A stretch of 64,000 bases of DNA, from assembly GCA_964476445.1 (NCBI GenBank), contig CAYZAK010000002.1, forward strand, positions 32,743 to 96,742. The letters run 5' to 3'. Each line of letters opens with the position of its first letter. Positions within the stretch are counted from its first letter, which is position 1. The stretch comes from an uncultured bacterium (GTDB lineage Bacteria; CG03; SLGR01; JAGXOG01). A program made the translations under genes and the position numbers. Of this stretch, positions 48,627 to 57,480 are shown piece by piece. A model generated the notes under the pieces. That model did no database searches, was not told the origin of the DNA, and saw only the letters and a program-made list of their open reading frames with translations.

Positions 48627-49326
48627 TTTAAATTTTAAAAATAGTGTAATAATTTCCACTGTTTTACATATTTTATTAGTATTTTTTCTTCCCCGGGCCT
48701 GGTTTCTTGAAGATCAAACTGACTGGGTGGAGGTTTCGGTGACCACGTTCCCTGCTGAAAGAGAACATATACCCGAGGATTGGTCGCTGGATGAACCGGA
48801 GGCCACTCCGGGTAGGGAATTTTCAGATCGGCGCCGGATGCCTGAGGAGGATATATCAGTTTCGCCGCCGGATACGGATATAGGACTGCCGGTGGAGCCC
48901 GACGAACCGAATTTAGAAGACATACAAAGAGAGACGATAGCTTCGCCGGTGGATGATCAGGTGAGTAAAGTAGTTCCCGGAAGGGAAGAACGTCTGGGTA
49001 TTCCCCGGGAAGAGCCAGGCGATCGTCCGGGAGAAATTTTAGAGGGTCCTGTATCCCGGCGTAGGGTACTGCGAAGAATACAGCCGGAATATCCTCGGTG
49101 GGCCGAAGAAAGGGGAGCAGAGGGAGATGTTAAACTCCGTTTCTGGGTTTCTCCAATAGGACAGGTTACCGGGGTTGAAGTGCTCCAGACTTCCGGTTAT
49201 CCCAATCTTGATTCCCGGGCCATGGAGGCGATGAGAAGATATCTTTTTGAACCTCTGGGAGAGGATGAAGAGCAGGAGGAACAATGGGGAACAATAATAA
49301 TAAGATATACCTTGAGTCCGCGGTAG
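48619..49326 (+). CDS. TonB-family energy transducer (N-terminal TM, Pro/Glu-rich spacer, TonB C-terminal domain)
   Basis: Architecture plus C-terminal TonB-like βαββ region (VKLRFWVSPIGQVTGVEVLQTSGYPNLD). Confidence 0.7.
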   Translation: MIDLNFKNSVIISTVLHILLVFFLPRAWFLEDQTDWVEVSVTTFPAEREHIPEDWSLDEPEATPGREFSDRRRMPEEDISVSPPDTDIGLPVEPDEPNLEDIQRETIASPVDDQVSKVVPGREERLGIPREEPGDRPGEILEGPVSRRRVLRRIQPEYPRWAEERGAEGDVKLRFWVSPIGQVTGVEVLQTSGYPNLDSRAMEAMRRYLFEPLGEDEEQEEQWGTIIIRYTLSPR

Positions 49327-50069
49327 AAATTTCGCGCAAAGCAGCTGATTTTCTGGTAGATAATTTTAAAAAAGAACGGGATATCAGCTATAAAGGAAGA
49401 ATAAATCTGGTCACCCGCATGGATACGGAGAGTGAAAATATTATTGTAAACAGTATCCGGCAAAAATTTCCTGATCACGGAATTCTGGCCGAGGAAGGGG
49501 ATTATGTTAAAAAGGATTCCCCTTTTCTCTGGATTGTCGATCCTCTTGACGGCACGACAAATTACGCACACGGCTTTGGGTTTTTTGGGGTGTCCATTGC
49601 CCTTGAGTACAGAGGAGAAATTATTATGGGAGTGGTAAACGCGCCCTATCTGGGAGAACTGTACACCGCCCTTCGGGGAGGAGGGAGCCGGTTAAACGGG
49701 GAAAAAATAACGGTAAGCCGGACCGAAGATCTGGGTAAATCCATGGTGGCCACCGGATTTCCCTACGATATAAGGGAGACCGGAGCCAACATAGATAATT
49801 TCAACCGGTTTTTATTAAAGACCAGGGCGGTAAGACGGCCGGGCTCGGCTGCTATCGACCTGTGTTCGGTTGCCGCGGGAAAATTCGACGGGTTCTGGGA
49901 ATTAAAGTTAGAACCCTGGGATACCGCTGCCGGATTTTTAATAGTTGAAGAAGCGGGGGGAAAAGTAACCGATTTTAAGGGAAATAAATATTCGCCGTAT
50001 AAAAACGAGATTCTGGCTACCAATTCTTTTATACATGAAAATATGAGAAAGGAGCTGAAAAATGAATAA
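49284..50069 (+). CDS. suhB: inositol monophosphatase family protein
   Basis: WIVDPLDGTTNYAHG motif; start Met overlaps the TonB gene by 43 nt. Confidence 0.8.
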   Translation: MGNNNNKIYLESAVEISRKAADFLVDNFKKERDISYKGRINLVTRMDTESENIIVNSIRQKFPDHGILAEEGDYVKKDSPFLWIVDPLDGTTNYAHGFGFFGVSIALEYRGEIIMGVVNAPYLGELYTALRGGGSRLNGEKITVSRTEDLGKSMVATGFPYDIRETGANIDNFNRFLLKTRAVRRPGSAAIDLCSVAAGKFDGFWELKLEPWDTAAGFLIVEEAGGKVTDFKGNKYSPYKNEILATNSFIHENMRKELKNE

Positions 50070-50991
50070 ACCAAAAACAGATATAGCTATAGTAGGCGCA
50101 GGGCCGGCGGGTTTGACCGCCTCGATCTACACCGGCCGGTCTTCTATGGAGACAAAGGTATTTGAAGAAAAACAGCCCGGCGGGCAGCTGTGGTGGTCCG
50201 AAAAAATAGAGAATTATCCCGGTTTTCCCCGGGGAGTGGACAGTTTTGAACTGGCCGGACATCTTGCTGAACAGGCTAAAAAGTTCGGGGCTGAAATTAT
50301 AAATGAAAAAGTAGAAAAAATTAAACCATTGGATAATGGTTTTTTAATAAAAACCGGAAAAAGGGAAATTGTTTCCCGAGGGGTAATAATTGCTACCGGG
50401 GCCTCGATGAAAAAACTGGGTGTTGAGGGGGAGAAAAAATTTACCGGCAAGGGAGTATCTTACTGCGCTGTATGCGACGGACCGTTATACAAGGATAAAG
50501 TCGTTGGAGTGGTGGGCGGGGGAAATACGGCCTGTGAGGAGGCTCTTTATTTGACTAAATTTGCCCGTAAAGTGTATTTAATACACCGCCGTGATCGTTT
50601 AAGGGCGGTAAAAAGTATGAGAAAAAAAATTGAAAAATCAGAAAAAATTGATATTCTTTTAGAAGAGGAAGTAACTCAAATTACCGGGTCGGGTCTGGTG
50701 GAGAAGTTGCTCTTAAAAAGCGGACGGACTCTGGAAATATCCGGAGTTTTTATATTTGTAGGTTTGTCGCCAAATACGGATTTCATAAAAGAAGATTTCA
50801 TAAAAAAGGATAAAGGATTTATAGTTACAGATGGCTCGTTTAAAACTTCCCGGAAGGGGGTCTATTCAGCCGGGGATTGTCGCAGAGGAGCCCTGAGGCA
50901 GATAGTGACCGCCAGCGGTGAAGGAGCCTATGCCGGCGAGGAACTTAGGAAATACGTAGAAAAAAAGAAGGGAATAGCTTATGATTGGTGA
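50062..50991 (+). CDS. trxB: thioredoxin-disulfide reductase
   Basis: FAD GxGxxG, redox CAVCDG, NADPH GGGNTA motifs. Confidence 0.85.
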   Translation: MNKPKTDIAIVGAGPAGLTASIYTGRSSMETKVFEEKQPGGQLWWSEKIENYPGFPRGVDSFELAGHLAEQAKKFGAEIINEKVEKIKPLDNGFLIKTGKREIVSRGVIIATGASMKKLGVEGEKKFTGKGVSYCAVCDGPLYKDKVVGVVGGGNTACEEALYLTKFARKVYLIHRRDRLRAVKSMRKKIEKSEKIDILLEEEVTQITGSGLVEKLLLKSGRTLEISGVFIFVGLSPNTDFIKEDFIKKDKGFIVTDGSFKTSRKGVYSAGDCRRGALRQIVTASGEGAYAGEELRKYVEKKKGIAYDW

Positions 50992-52195
50992 AGATACATT
51001 AAAAAAATTAGTAAGGAAAAATAATTCTAGGATACTTATGGTGGTTATGGACGGAGTTGGGGATATCCCCGATCAGAGTAAAAAGACCGCTTTGGAACAG
51101 GCTGAGACCCCCCACCTCGATAAACTGGCTGCCGGTTCCTCCCTGGGTTCGGCGGTTCCGGTTGATTTTGGAATTACTCCCGGTTCCGGGCCGGGTCATT
51201 TAGGACTTTTCGGATATGATCCTTTAAAACATGAGATAGGCCGGGGAGTTTTAGAGGCTTCCGGAATTGGTATAGATTTAGAAGAAGACTGTCTTGCGAT
51301 CAGGGGAAATTTTGCAACTATAGATGAAAATAAAATAATTACCGATCGTCGGGCTGGCCGGATCTCCACTAAAAAAAACAGGCAGTTGTGTAAAAAAATA
51401 AATACCGGATTGGAAAAAATAAAAGATATCCGGGTCAGGGTTTATCCGGGAAAGGAACATAGATTTGTAATTATTTTTAAAGGGACCGGATTAAACGATA
51501 ATCTTACGGATGCAGATCCGCAGCAGACCGGAAAAAAAGAAAAATTTGTAGAAGCCGGAGACCGGAAATCCCAAAAGGCCAGGGACGTGGCCAATAGTTT
51601 TATAAAACAGGTTCAGAAAATTTTAAAAGAAGAACCTAAAGCCAACTCCTGTCTTCTACGGGGTCTGGCCAAGAAACCGGGCATCAGCGGCTTTTCTGAA
51701 AAGTACGGTTTATCCGCCCGGGCTCTGGCTACGTATCCCATGTACAAGGGTTTGGCCCGGCTTGTGGGTATGGATATAGCAAACGGACTTAAAAGCATGG
51801 AGGATGAGGTTGAGGATCTAAAGGCAAACAGCGCTACCGGTAAATATGATTTTTTCTATTTTCATGTAAAAAAGACCGATTCCTACGGCGAAGACGGAAA
51901 TCGGCCAAAAAAAATTGAAATAATAGAAAAATTTGATAAGCTGCTCCCCGAAATATTAGCTCTGGATTTTGATGTGGTCTGCGTGACCGCTGATCATTCC
52001 ACTCCCACTCCCTTGAAGGCACATTCCTGGCATCCGGTTCCGTTGCTTATAAACGGACCAAGCATAAGGGTAGATGAGGGTACACGATTTACCGAAAACG
52101 AATGTTTAAAGGGAGCTTATTCGCAAGTGTATTCTAAACATATTATGAAAATTTTACTTTCTCAGGCGGATAAATTAAAAAAATATGGAGCCTGA
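50981..52195 (+). CDS. apgM: 2,3-bisphosphoglycerate-independent phosphoglycerate mutase, archaeal type
   Basis: MVVMDGVGD metal-site motif, about 400 aa. Confidence 0.8.
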   Translation: MIGEDTLKKLVRKNNSRILMVVMDGVGDIPDQSKKTALEQAETPHLDKLAAGSSLGSAVPVDFGITPGSGPGHLGLFGYDPLKHEIGRGVLEASGIGIDLEEDCLAIRGNFATIDENKIITDRRAGRISTKKNRQLCKKINTGLEKIKDIRVRVYPGKEHRFVIIFKGTGLNDNLTDADPQQTGKKEKFVEAGDRKSQKARDVANSFIKQVQKILKEEPKANSCLLRGLAKKPGISGFSEKYGLSARALATYPMYKGLARLVGMDIANGLKSMEDEVEDLKANSATGKYDFFYFHVKKTDSYGEDGNRPKKIEIIEKFDKLLPEILALDFDVVCVTADHSTPTPLKAHSWHPVPLLINGPSIRVDEGTRFTENECLKGAYSQVYSKHIMKILLSQADKLKKYGA

Positions 52196-52252
52196 TTTGT
52201 TTTGATTTTAAGTATATGGTAATATAGATTTTTAGAGAGGATAAATAAAAAG

Positions 52253-53092
52253 ATGAAAGATAAAAAAAACCTGTTGTTTATTTTTATAGTGGTAAATTTG
52301 TTTTTTTCGGGTTGTTCCCGGAAAGAAGATGTGGTTGCTTATGTAGGTCGCCGTGAAATTACCGTGGAAAATTTCAGGGATAGATTGATGGATTTACCGG
52401 ATTATTACCGGGGTTTTGTCTCTTCCGAAGGCGGAAAACGGCAGTATCTTTCCGGAATAATAAAAGAGACCGTTTTACTTGAAAAGGCCTACGAATTAAA
52501 TATACATAAAAATAAAGAAGTTAGAGAACGTATAGAAGAGTTAAAAAGAGAAATCATATTAACCGCGGCCGTAGATCATCTTAAAAATAACGAAATTCAG
52601 GTTTCCGATTACGAAATAAGAGACTACTATGAGAAGAATCAAGAAGATTTTGTCAATCCGGAAGAAGTTAAAATAAGTCATATACTTTTAAACGATGAGA
52701 AAAAAGCAAGAGAAGTTTTGGCTAATATAAGGCAGGGGGCTTCTTTTGCCGGCATGGCCAGGGAGCATTCGGTGGACACTGTTACAGCTATAAATGACGG
52801 AGATTTGGGATACTTTAAACGGGGAGAATTTGCCAATCCTCAATTTGCAGAAGCTGTATTCGAGCTTGACAATGTTGGGGAAGTCAGTGATGTTATTCAG
52901 ACTTCTTTCGGGTATCATATCGCTCAGCTCACCGGTCGCAGGACAGGTCGGGAAAAGACTTTTGAAGAGGCCCAAGAGGAAATAATAGAAGAATTAGAAC
53001 AACAGAAATTTACTCAGCTAATAGATGAGTATAAGGATAGTTACAATGTCAGAATCAATTACGATGTACTTGAAAAAGTTAGTCTAGAATAA
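52253..53092 (+). CDS. parvulin-type peptidyl-prolyl isomerase (SurA/PrsA-like, N-terminal anchor)
   Basis: PpiC domain (HILL...DLGYF...GYHIAQ). Confidence 0.75.
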   Translation: MKDKKNLLFIFIVVNLFFSGCSRKEDVVAYVGRREITVENFRDRLMDLPDYYRGFVSSEGGKRQYLSGIIKETVLLEKAYELNIHKNKEVRERIEELKREIILTAAVDHLKNNEIQVSDYEIRDYYEKNQEDFVNPEEVKISHILLNDEKKAREVLANIRQGASFAGMAREHSVDTVTAINDGDLGYFKRGEFANPQFAEAVFELDNVGEVSDVIQTSFGYHIAQLTGRRTGREKTFEEAQEEIIEELEQQKFTQLIDEYKDSYNVRINYDVLEKVSLE

Positions 53093-53107
53093 ATTGGGAG
53101 AGTAAAG

Positions 53108-54091
53108 ATGAAAAATATATTTAATAACGTTAAAATTTATATTATAATTGCTCTTTTAGGATTTTTATCCTCGGAGCTCTTATCAGCTGAGGAAATAGTA
53201 GAAAGGGTAATAGCCAGGGTTAATAACGAACCCATACTTTTATCTGAATTTAATAACCGGGCCGGGGAGCTTATAGAACAGTTTAAAGCGGAGATCCCCG
53301 AACCTGACCAGGAAGAACAGTTAAAAGAGTTTAAAAGAGGGCTGCTGGATCAGATGATAGATGAAAAATTGTTAATCCAGCAAGCAGAGAAAAAAGAGAT
53401 TGCTGTCACACCGGAGGAAATAGATCAGGGAATGGATGAAATACGGGGTCGCTTCGACAGTGAAATGGAATTTCAAAATGAGATAACCAAACAGGGGCTT
53501 ACCGGTGAAAATTTTAGGGAAAATTTAGGCCAGCAGATTAAAGTCATTAAACTTACCAACCAGGAAGTACGAGCTCAGATTTCGCCGCCCACTGAAGAAG
53601 AAGTGAGAACATATTACAGGGAGAATGAGGAGGCTATGGTAGTCCCGCCTCAAATTCGGGCCAGGCATATATTGATAACCTTAAACGGAAAGACTGAAGA
53701 AGAGGCAAAAAACAAGATAGATGAAATATACGCTAAGGCAAAAAAAACCCCCCAGAATTTTTCCAATATGGCCGAAGAATATTCCGACGGTCCCTCGGCT
53801 TTAAGGGGAGGCGATTTAGGATATTTTTCCCGTACTGAGATGCCCCAGAGTTTCAGCGATGCCGCTTTTGATTTAGATATAGATGAGATAAGCGAACCGG
53901 TGCAAACCAGGTTCGGCTACCATATTATAAAGGTAGTGGGGAAAAGAGCCAGCGAGAAAAGAACTTTTTCAGAGATAAAAGATCAGCTTAAGAATTTACT
54001 TTACCAGAGGAAAATGGAGGAAGCTTACGACAGTTATTTAAGGGAATTACGGGATGAAGCCCGTATATCCACTTCCCTTTTTACGGATTGA
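53108..54091 (+). CDS. parvulin-type peptidyl-prolyl isomerase (SurA/PpiD-like), signal peptide
   Basis: SurA N-terminal-like chaperone region + PpiC domain (HILI...DLGYF...GYHIIK). Confidence 0.75.
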   Translation: MKNIFNNVKIYIIIALLGFLSSELLSAEEIVERVIARVNNEPILLSEFNNRAGELIEQFKAEIPEPDQEEQLKEFKRGLLDQMIDEKLLIQQAEKKEIAVTPEEIDQGMDEIRGRFDSEMEFQNEITKQGLTGENFRENLGQQIKVIKLTNQEVRAQISPPTEEEVRTYYRENEEAMVVPPQIRARHILITLNGKTEEEAKNKIDEIYAKAKKTPQNFSNMAEEYSDGPSALRGGDLGYFSRTEMPQSFSDAAFDLDIDEISEPVQTRFGYHIIKVVGKRASEKRTFSEIKDQLKNLLYQRKMEEAYDSYLRELRDEARISTSLFTD

Positions 54092-54112
54092 AGACCGGAC
54101 ATAAGGAGGATT

Positions 54113-55186
54113 TTGATGAATAAAGAGATGCTGCAAAAATATAACTACCAGAAAGATGAAATTGAAAAATTAATCCGCAGGTACAGGGATGGGAAATTTA
54201 CCGAGGAAGACAATGTTATCCGGGAGGATATTAAATATCCGTCGCCAGATGATTTTAAGGAACTTCCCCCCCGGGAATCAAAAGAGTATAAAAGACTTGA
54301 AAAGATAGGCCGCCAGGCCATAGATAACGGCGAACTGGGGGTGGTAGTGTTAAACGGGGGTATGGCCACCAGGTTCGGGGGGGTGGTTAAGGGAGTAGTT
54401 GATGTCTTTGACGGAAAAAGTTTTCTGGAATTAAAAATAAAAGATTCCTTAACAGTGTCTGATAATATTGAGTTTTTTATAATGAACTCTTTTTCCACTC
54501 ACGAAAAGACCAAACAGCATTTTGAAAAAAAAGATTATTTCGGGGTGTCAGATAAGATTCATTTTTTTAACCAGTTTATAGCCCCCCGGCTTAAAGAAGA
54601 CGGCAGCTATTTTGAAATTGAAGATGAGCTGGACTCTTTTTACGGACCCGGTCACGGAGATTTTCCCTACTGTATAAAGAAAAGCGGTCAGTTGGACAGA
54701 TTTTTAGATGAGGGCGGCAAATATCTATTTTACTCTAACGTAGATAATCTTGGAGCCAGAGTGGAACCGGCCCTTTTGGGGAAACATATAACTTCCGGTA
54801 AAGAACTCACCGCTGAAGTGGCCGCTAAAGACCCCGGAGACGAGGGCGGCGCTCCTGCAGTGTTAAACGGTAAGTTGCAGATAATAGAAGGATTTCGGTT
54901 CCCCCCCGATTTCGACCAGGACCGTATTCCGGTATTTAACTGCAATACCTACTGGTTGAATGCCGTAAGTTTAAAAAAGAATTTTGAGCTTCCCTGGTAT
55001 ATAGTAAATAAACAGGTAGACGGTGAAACCGTTGTCCAGTTTGAACATCTGGCCGGGGATATGACCGGATTTTTGGATACCGATTTTATTCGGATAGACC
55101 GGGCAGCCCGTTTTTATCCGGTAAAAAGACCCCGGGATTTAGATGAGTACCGGGACTCTTTAAAAGAAATTTTAGGTTATAAATAA
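54113..55186 (+). CDS. UDPGP-family sugar-1-phosphate uridylyltransferase (UTP--glucose-1-P / UDP-sugar pyrophosphorylase-like)
   Basis: VVLNGGMATRFGG nucleotide-binding loop typical of eukaryotic-type UDPGP family. Confidence 0.65.
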   Translation: MMNKEMLQKYNYQKDEIEKLIRRYRDGKFTEEDNVIREDIKYPSPDDFKELPPRESKEYKRLEKIGRQAIDNGELGVVVLNGGMATRFGGVVKGVVDVFDGKSFLELKIKDSLTVSDNIEFFIMNSFSTHEKTKQHFEKKDYFGVSDKIHFFNQFIAPRLKEDGSYFEIEDELDSFYGPGHGDFPYCIKKSGQLDRFLDEGGKYLFYSNVDNLGARVEPALLGKHITSGKELTAEVAAKDPGDEGGAPAVLNGKLQIIEGFRFPPDFDQDRIPVFNCNTYWLNAVSLKKNFELPWYIVNKQVDGETVVQFEHLAGDMTGFLDTDFIRIDRAARFYPVKRPRDLDEYRDSLKEILGYK

Positions 55187-55226
55187 ATTTTTTTACCCGC
55201 CATTCCGGTAGAATTTACTTTTTTAG

Positions 55227-56180
55227 ATGAATCTTAAAAAAATCTTTATAACTGCCGGAGACCCCCGGGGGATTGGTTCGGAGATAATATCTAAAAGTCT
55301 TAACCGGTTATCTAAATATAATAAAATAAATTATAAAATAGTTATAGGGGGCAGCAGGGATAATTTTAAATATTATTCTGAAAAATTTAATTTAAAATTT
55401 AGATTCAATTTAAATACAGACCGGCCGGGTATTTACTTTTACGACATCCCCCCGTCTGGTGAACCGGGCAGGGACTGTTTGAACTATTTAAACAAAGGGA
55501 TTGAATATTGTAGAAATAATTCCGCATGCGCGCTGGTAACCGCCCCTGTTAGAAAAGATGAGGTAGCCGGTATATTACCGGGTTTTACCGGGCACACCGA
55601 ATACCTGGCCCGTAAATTTAACGTTGAGGAGGTGGCTATGAGTTTTATAACCCGCCGGCTGAAAATGTCTATTGTAACCACCCATATCCCCCTAAACGAG
55701 GTACCCCGGAAGGTTACGGCGAATAAAATTTTCACTCATATCAAAATAATAGAGAAAACTCTCAGGGAAAATTTTAGATCAAAAAGCCGAGAAATAGTTT
55801 TAACTTCCCTAAATCCTCACGGGGGAGAAAGCGGTCTCATCGGCACCGAGGAGCGTACAATATTTAAAACAGCTGTCCGCCGGTTAAAAGATGACGGTAT
55901 AGATATAGCCGGTCCGTTCAGTGTTGAAAAAGTTTTAAAAGAGAGTTTAAACGGTAAGTACGATTTTATAGTATCCCTCTATCACGATCAGATTTTACCG
56001 GGGGTAAAATGTATGCTGGGGCCTACGGTTAATTACACCATGGGGCTCCCGGTTCCCCGGACCTCGCCGGACCACGGGCCGGCTCTGGACATTGCCGGTA
56101 AAAATAAAGCCTGTCCGGAGAGTATGTTTAAAGCATTAAATCTGGCCGTGATTCTGGCCGGAGGATCAACCAATGGCTGA
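55227..56180 (+). CDS. pdxA: 4-hydroxythreonine-4-phosphate dehydrogenase
   Basis: ITAGDPRGIGSEI motif, metal-binding His residues. Confidence 0.85.
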   Translation: MNLKKIFITAGDPRGIGSEIISKSLNRLSKYNKINYKIVIGGSRDNFKYYSEKFNLKFRFNLNTDRPGIYFYDIPPSGEPGRDCLNYLNKGIEYCRNNSACALVTAPVRKDEVAGILPGFTGHTEYLARKFNVEEVAMSFITRRLKMSIVTTHIPLNEVPRKVTANKIFTHIKIIEKTLRENFRSKSREIVLTSLNPHGGESGLIGTEERTIFKTAVRRLKDDGIDIAGPFSVEKVLKESLNGKYDFIVSLYHDQILPGVKCMLGPTVNYTMGLPVPRTSPDHGPALDIAGKNKACPESMFKALNLAVILAGGSTNG

Positions 56181-56946
56181 AAAGCTGGGCCAGCATTTTT
56201 TAAATAATCCCCGGGTGGCGATCAAAATAATTGAAAATCTGGATATAACCCCCCGGGATAAAATTATGGAAATAGGAGCCGGCAGAGGGTATCTTACCGA
56301 GTACCTTATTGAAAGTAAAGTCCCGGTTCTGGGGGTGGAGCTGGACAGCGAACTGTGTACGATTTTAAAACAAAAATTCAAGGAATCTGATTGTAAAATA
56401 CTGAACAGGGATTTTCTGAAAATTGATTTAGAACAATACGGAGTTAATAAAATATGCGGTAATATTCCCTATCAGATAACCGGAAAAATACTGGAGAAAA
56501 TTTGTACCAGTTCCCTAAAATGGGACACCTCGGTAATAATGCTGCCTGAACCGGTGGCTTTAAGAGTGACCGCTGCTCCAAAAGATAACCATTATTCGGC
56601 CGTAACTGTCATGGCCGGGGTAAATTGCAAAACAGAATACTGTTTTGACGTATCCAGAGAAAATTTTTCACCTCCGCCCAATGTCAAATCAGCGGTTATA
56701 AAGTTGAGGCGGATGGGTCCGCCCGAAGAGGAAAAATTTTACCGTATGGTCCGGGGAATATTTAAATATCGGCGTAAAAATATCCGAAACTCTATCTTAA
56801 ATTTTACTCAAAATAAGGTGGATAAAAAAGAGATTGAAGAGATATTAACCCGGGCAAACATTTGTAGAAATCTCCGGGCTCATGAACTAAAAATAGAGAA
56901 TTACAAAAGCTTAAAAAATCTATTTGTAAATAGAAAAATTTTGTGA
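56173..56946 (+). CDS. rsmA: 16S rRNA (adenine1518/1519-N6)-dimethyltransferase
   Basis: GQHFLNN start, SAM motif EIGAGRG; 8-nt overlap with pdxA. Confidence 0.9.
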   Translation: MAEKLGQHFLNNPRVAIKIIENLDITPRDKIMEIGAGRGYLTEYLIESKVPVLGVELDSELCTILKQKFKESDCKILNRDFLKIDLEQYGVNKICGNIPYQITGKILEKICTSSLKWDTSVIMLPEPVALRVTAAPKDNHYSAVTVMAGVNCKTEYCFDVSRENFSPPPNVKSAVIKLRRMGPPEEEKFYRMVRGIFKYRRKNIRNSILNFTQNKVDKKEIEEILTRANICRNLRAHELKIENYKSLKNLFVNRKIL

Positions 56947-57012
56947 TATAATTCAAAAAGTAATTAACCGTATATTGTAAAATAAAAATATCGAATGTGA
57001 ACAGGAGGAATA

Positions 57013-57480
57013 ATGGATAAAAATAAGAAAGAACGTCGTTCCACAAAGCTAATAAAGAAAAATTTTCAGACAAAATTTTTAAGACTAATAGGGTTAAGTC
57101 TGGCATTAACGGTTATCATTTCCATGGCTGTATTTTATATAGCCCTTAGAATGATGATAGAAAGGGCTCAGTTTGCCGAGTACACCCAGAGAAAGTTAGC
57201 TGAAGCGTTAAGCTGGCTTAACTGGACCTTACCGGCTATTGCCGTAGTAATAATAATTATTGCTCTAATTATAGGAAGGCATATCTCTTTTAAAATTGCC
57301 GGACCGCTGTATGCGCTCGAAAAACAGCTGTATCTTGTTTTAGAGGAAAAGATAGATGAAGTACAGCTTCGGAATGACGATAAGGATCTAATTCCTCTGG
57401 CTAAATTAATAAATAGATTAATTAATAAATGTAAAGGGAATTTGGATTTAGAAGAAGGGGAAGAGAAGAAAGATGTTTAA
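57013..57480 (+). CDS. hypothetical membrane protein with 2 TM and HAMP-like segment
   Basis: 155 aa; TM-TM-amphipathic helix layout; RBS AGGAGG. Confidence 0.45.
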   Translation: MDKNKKERRSTKLIKKNFQTKFLRLIGLSLALTVIISMAVFYIALRMMIERAQFAEYTQRKLAEALSWLNWTLPAIAVVIIIIALIIGRHISFKIAGPLYALEKQLYLVLEEKIDEVQLRNDDKDLIPLAKLINRLINKCKGNLDLEEGEEKKDV

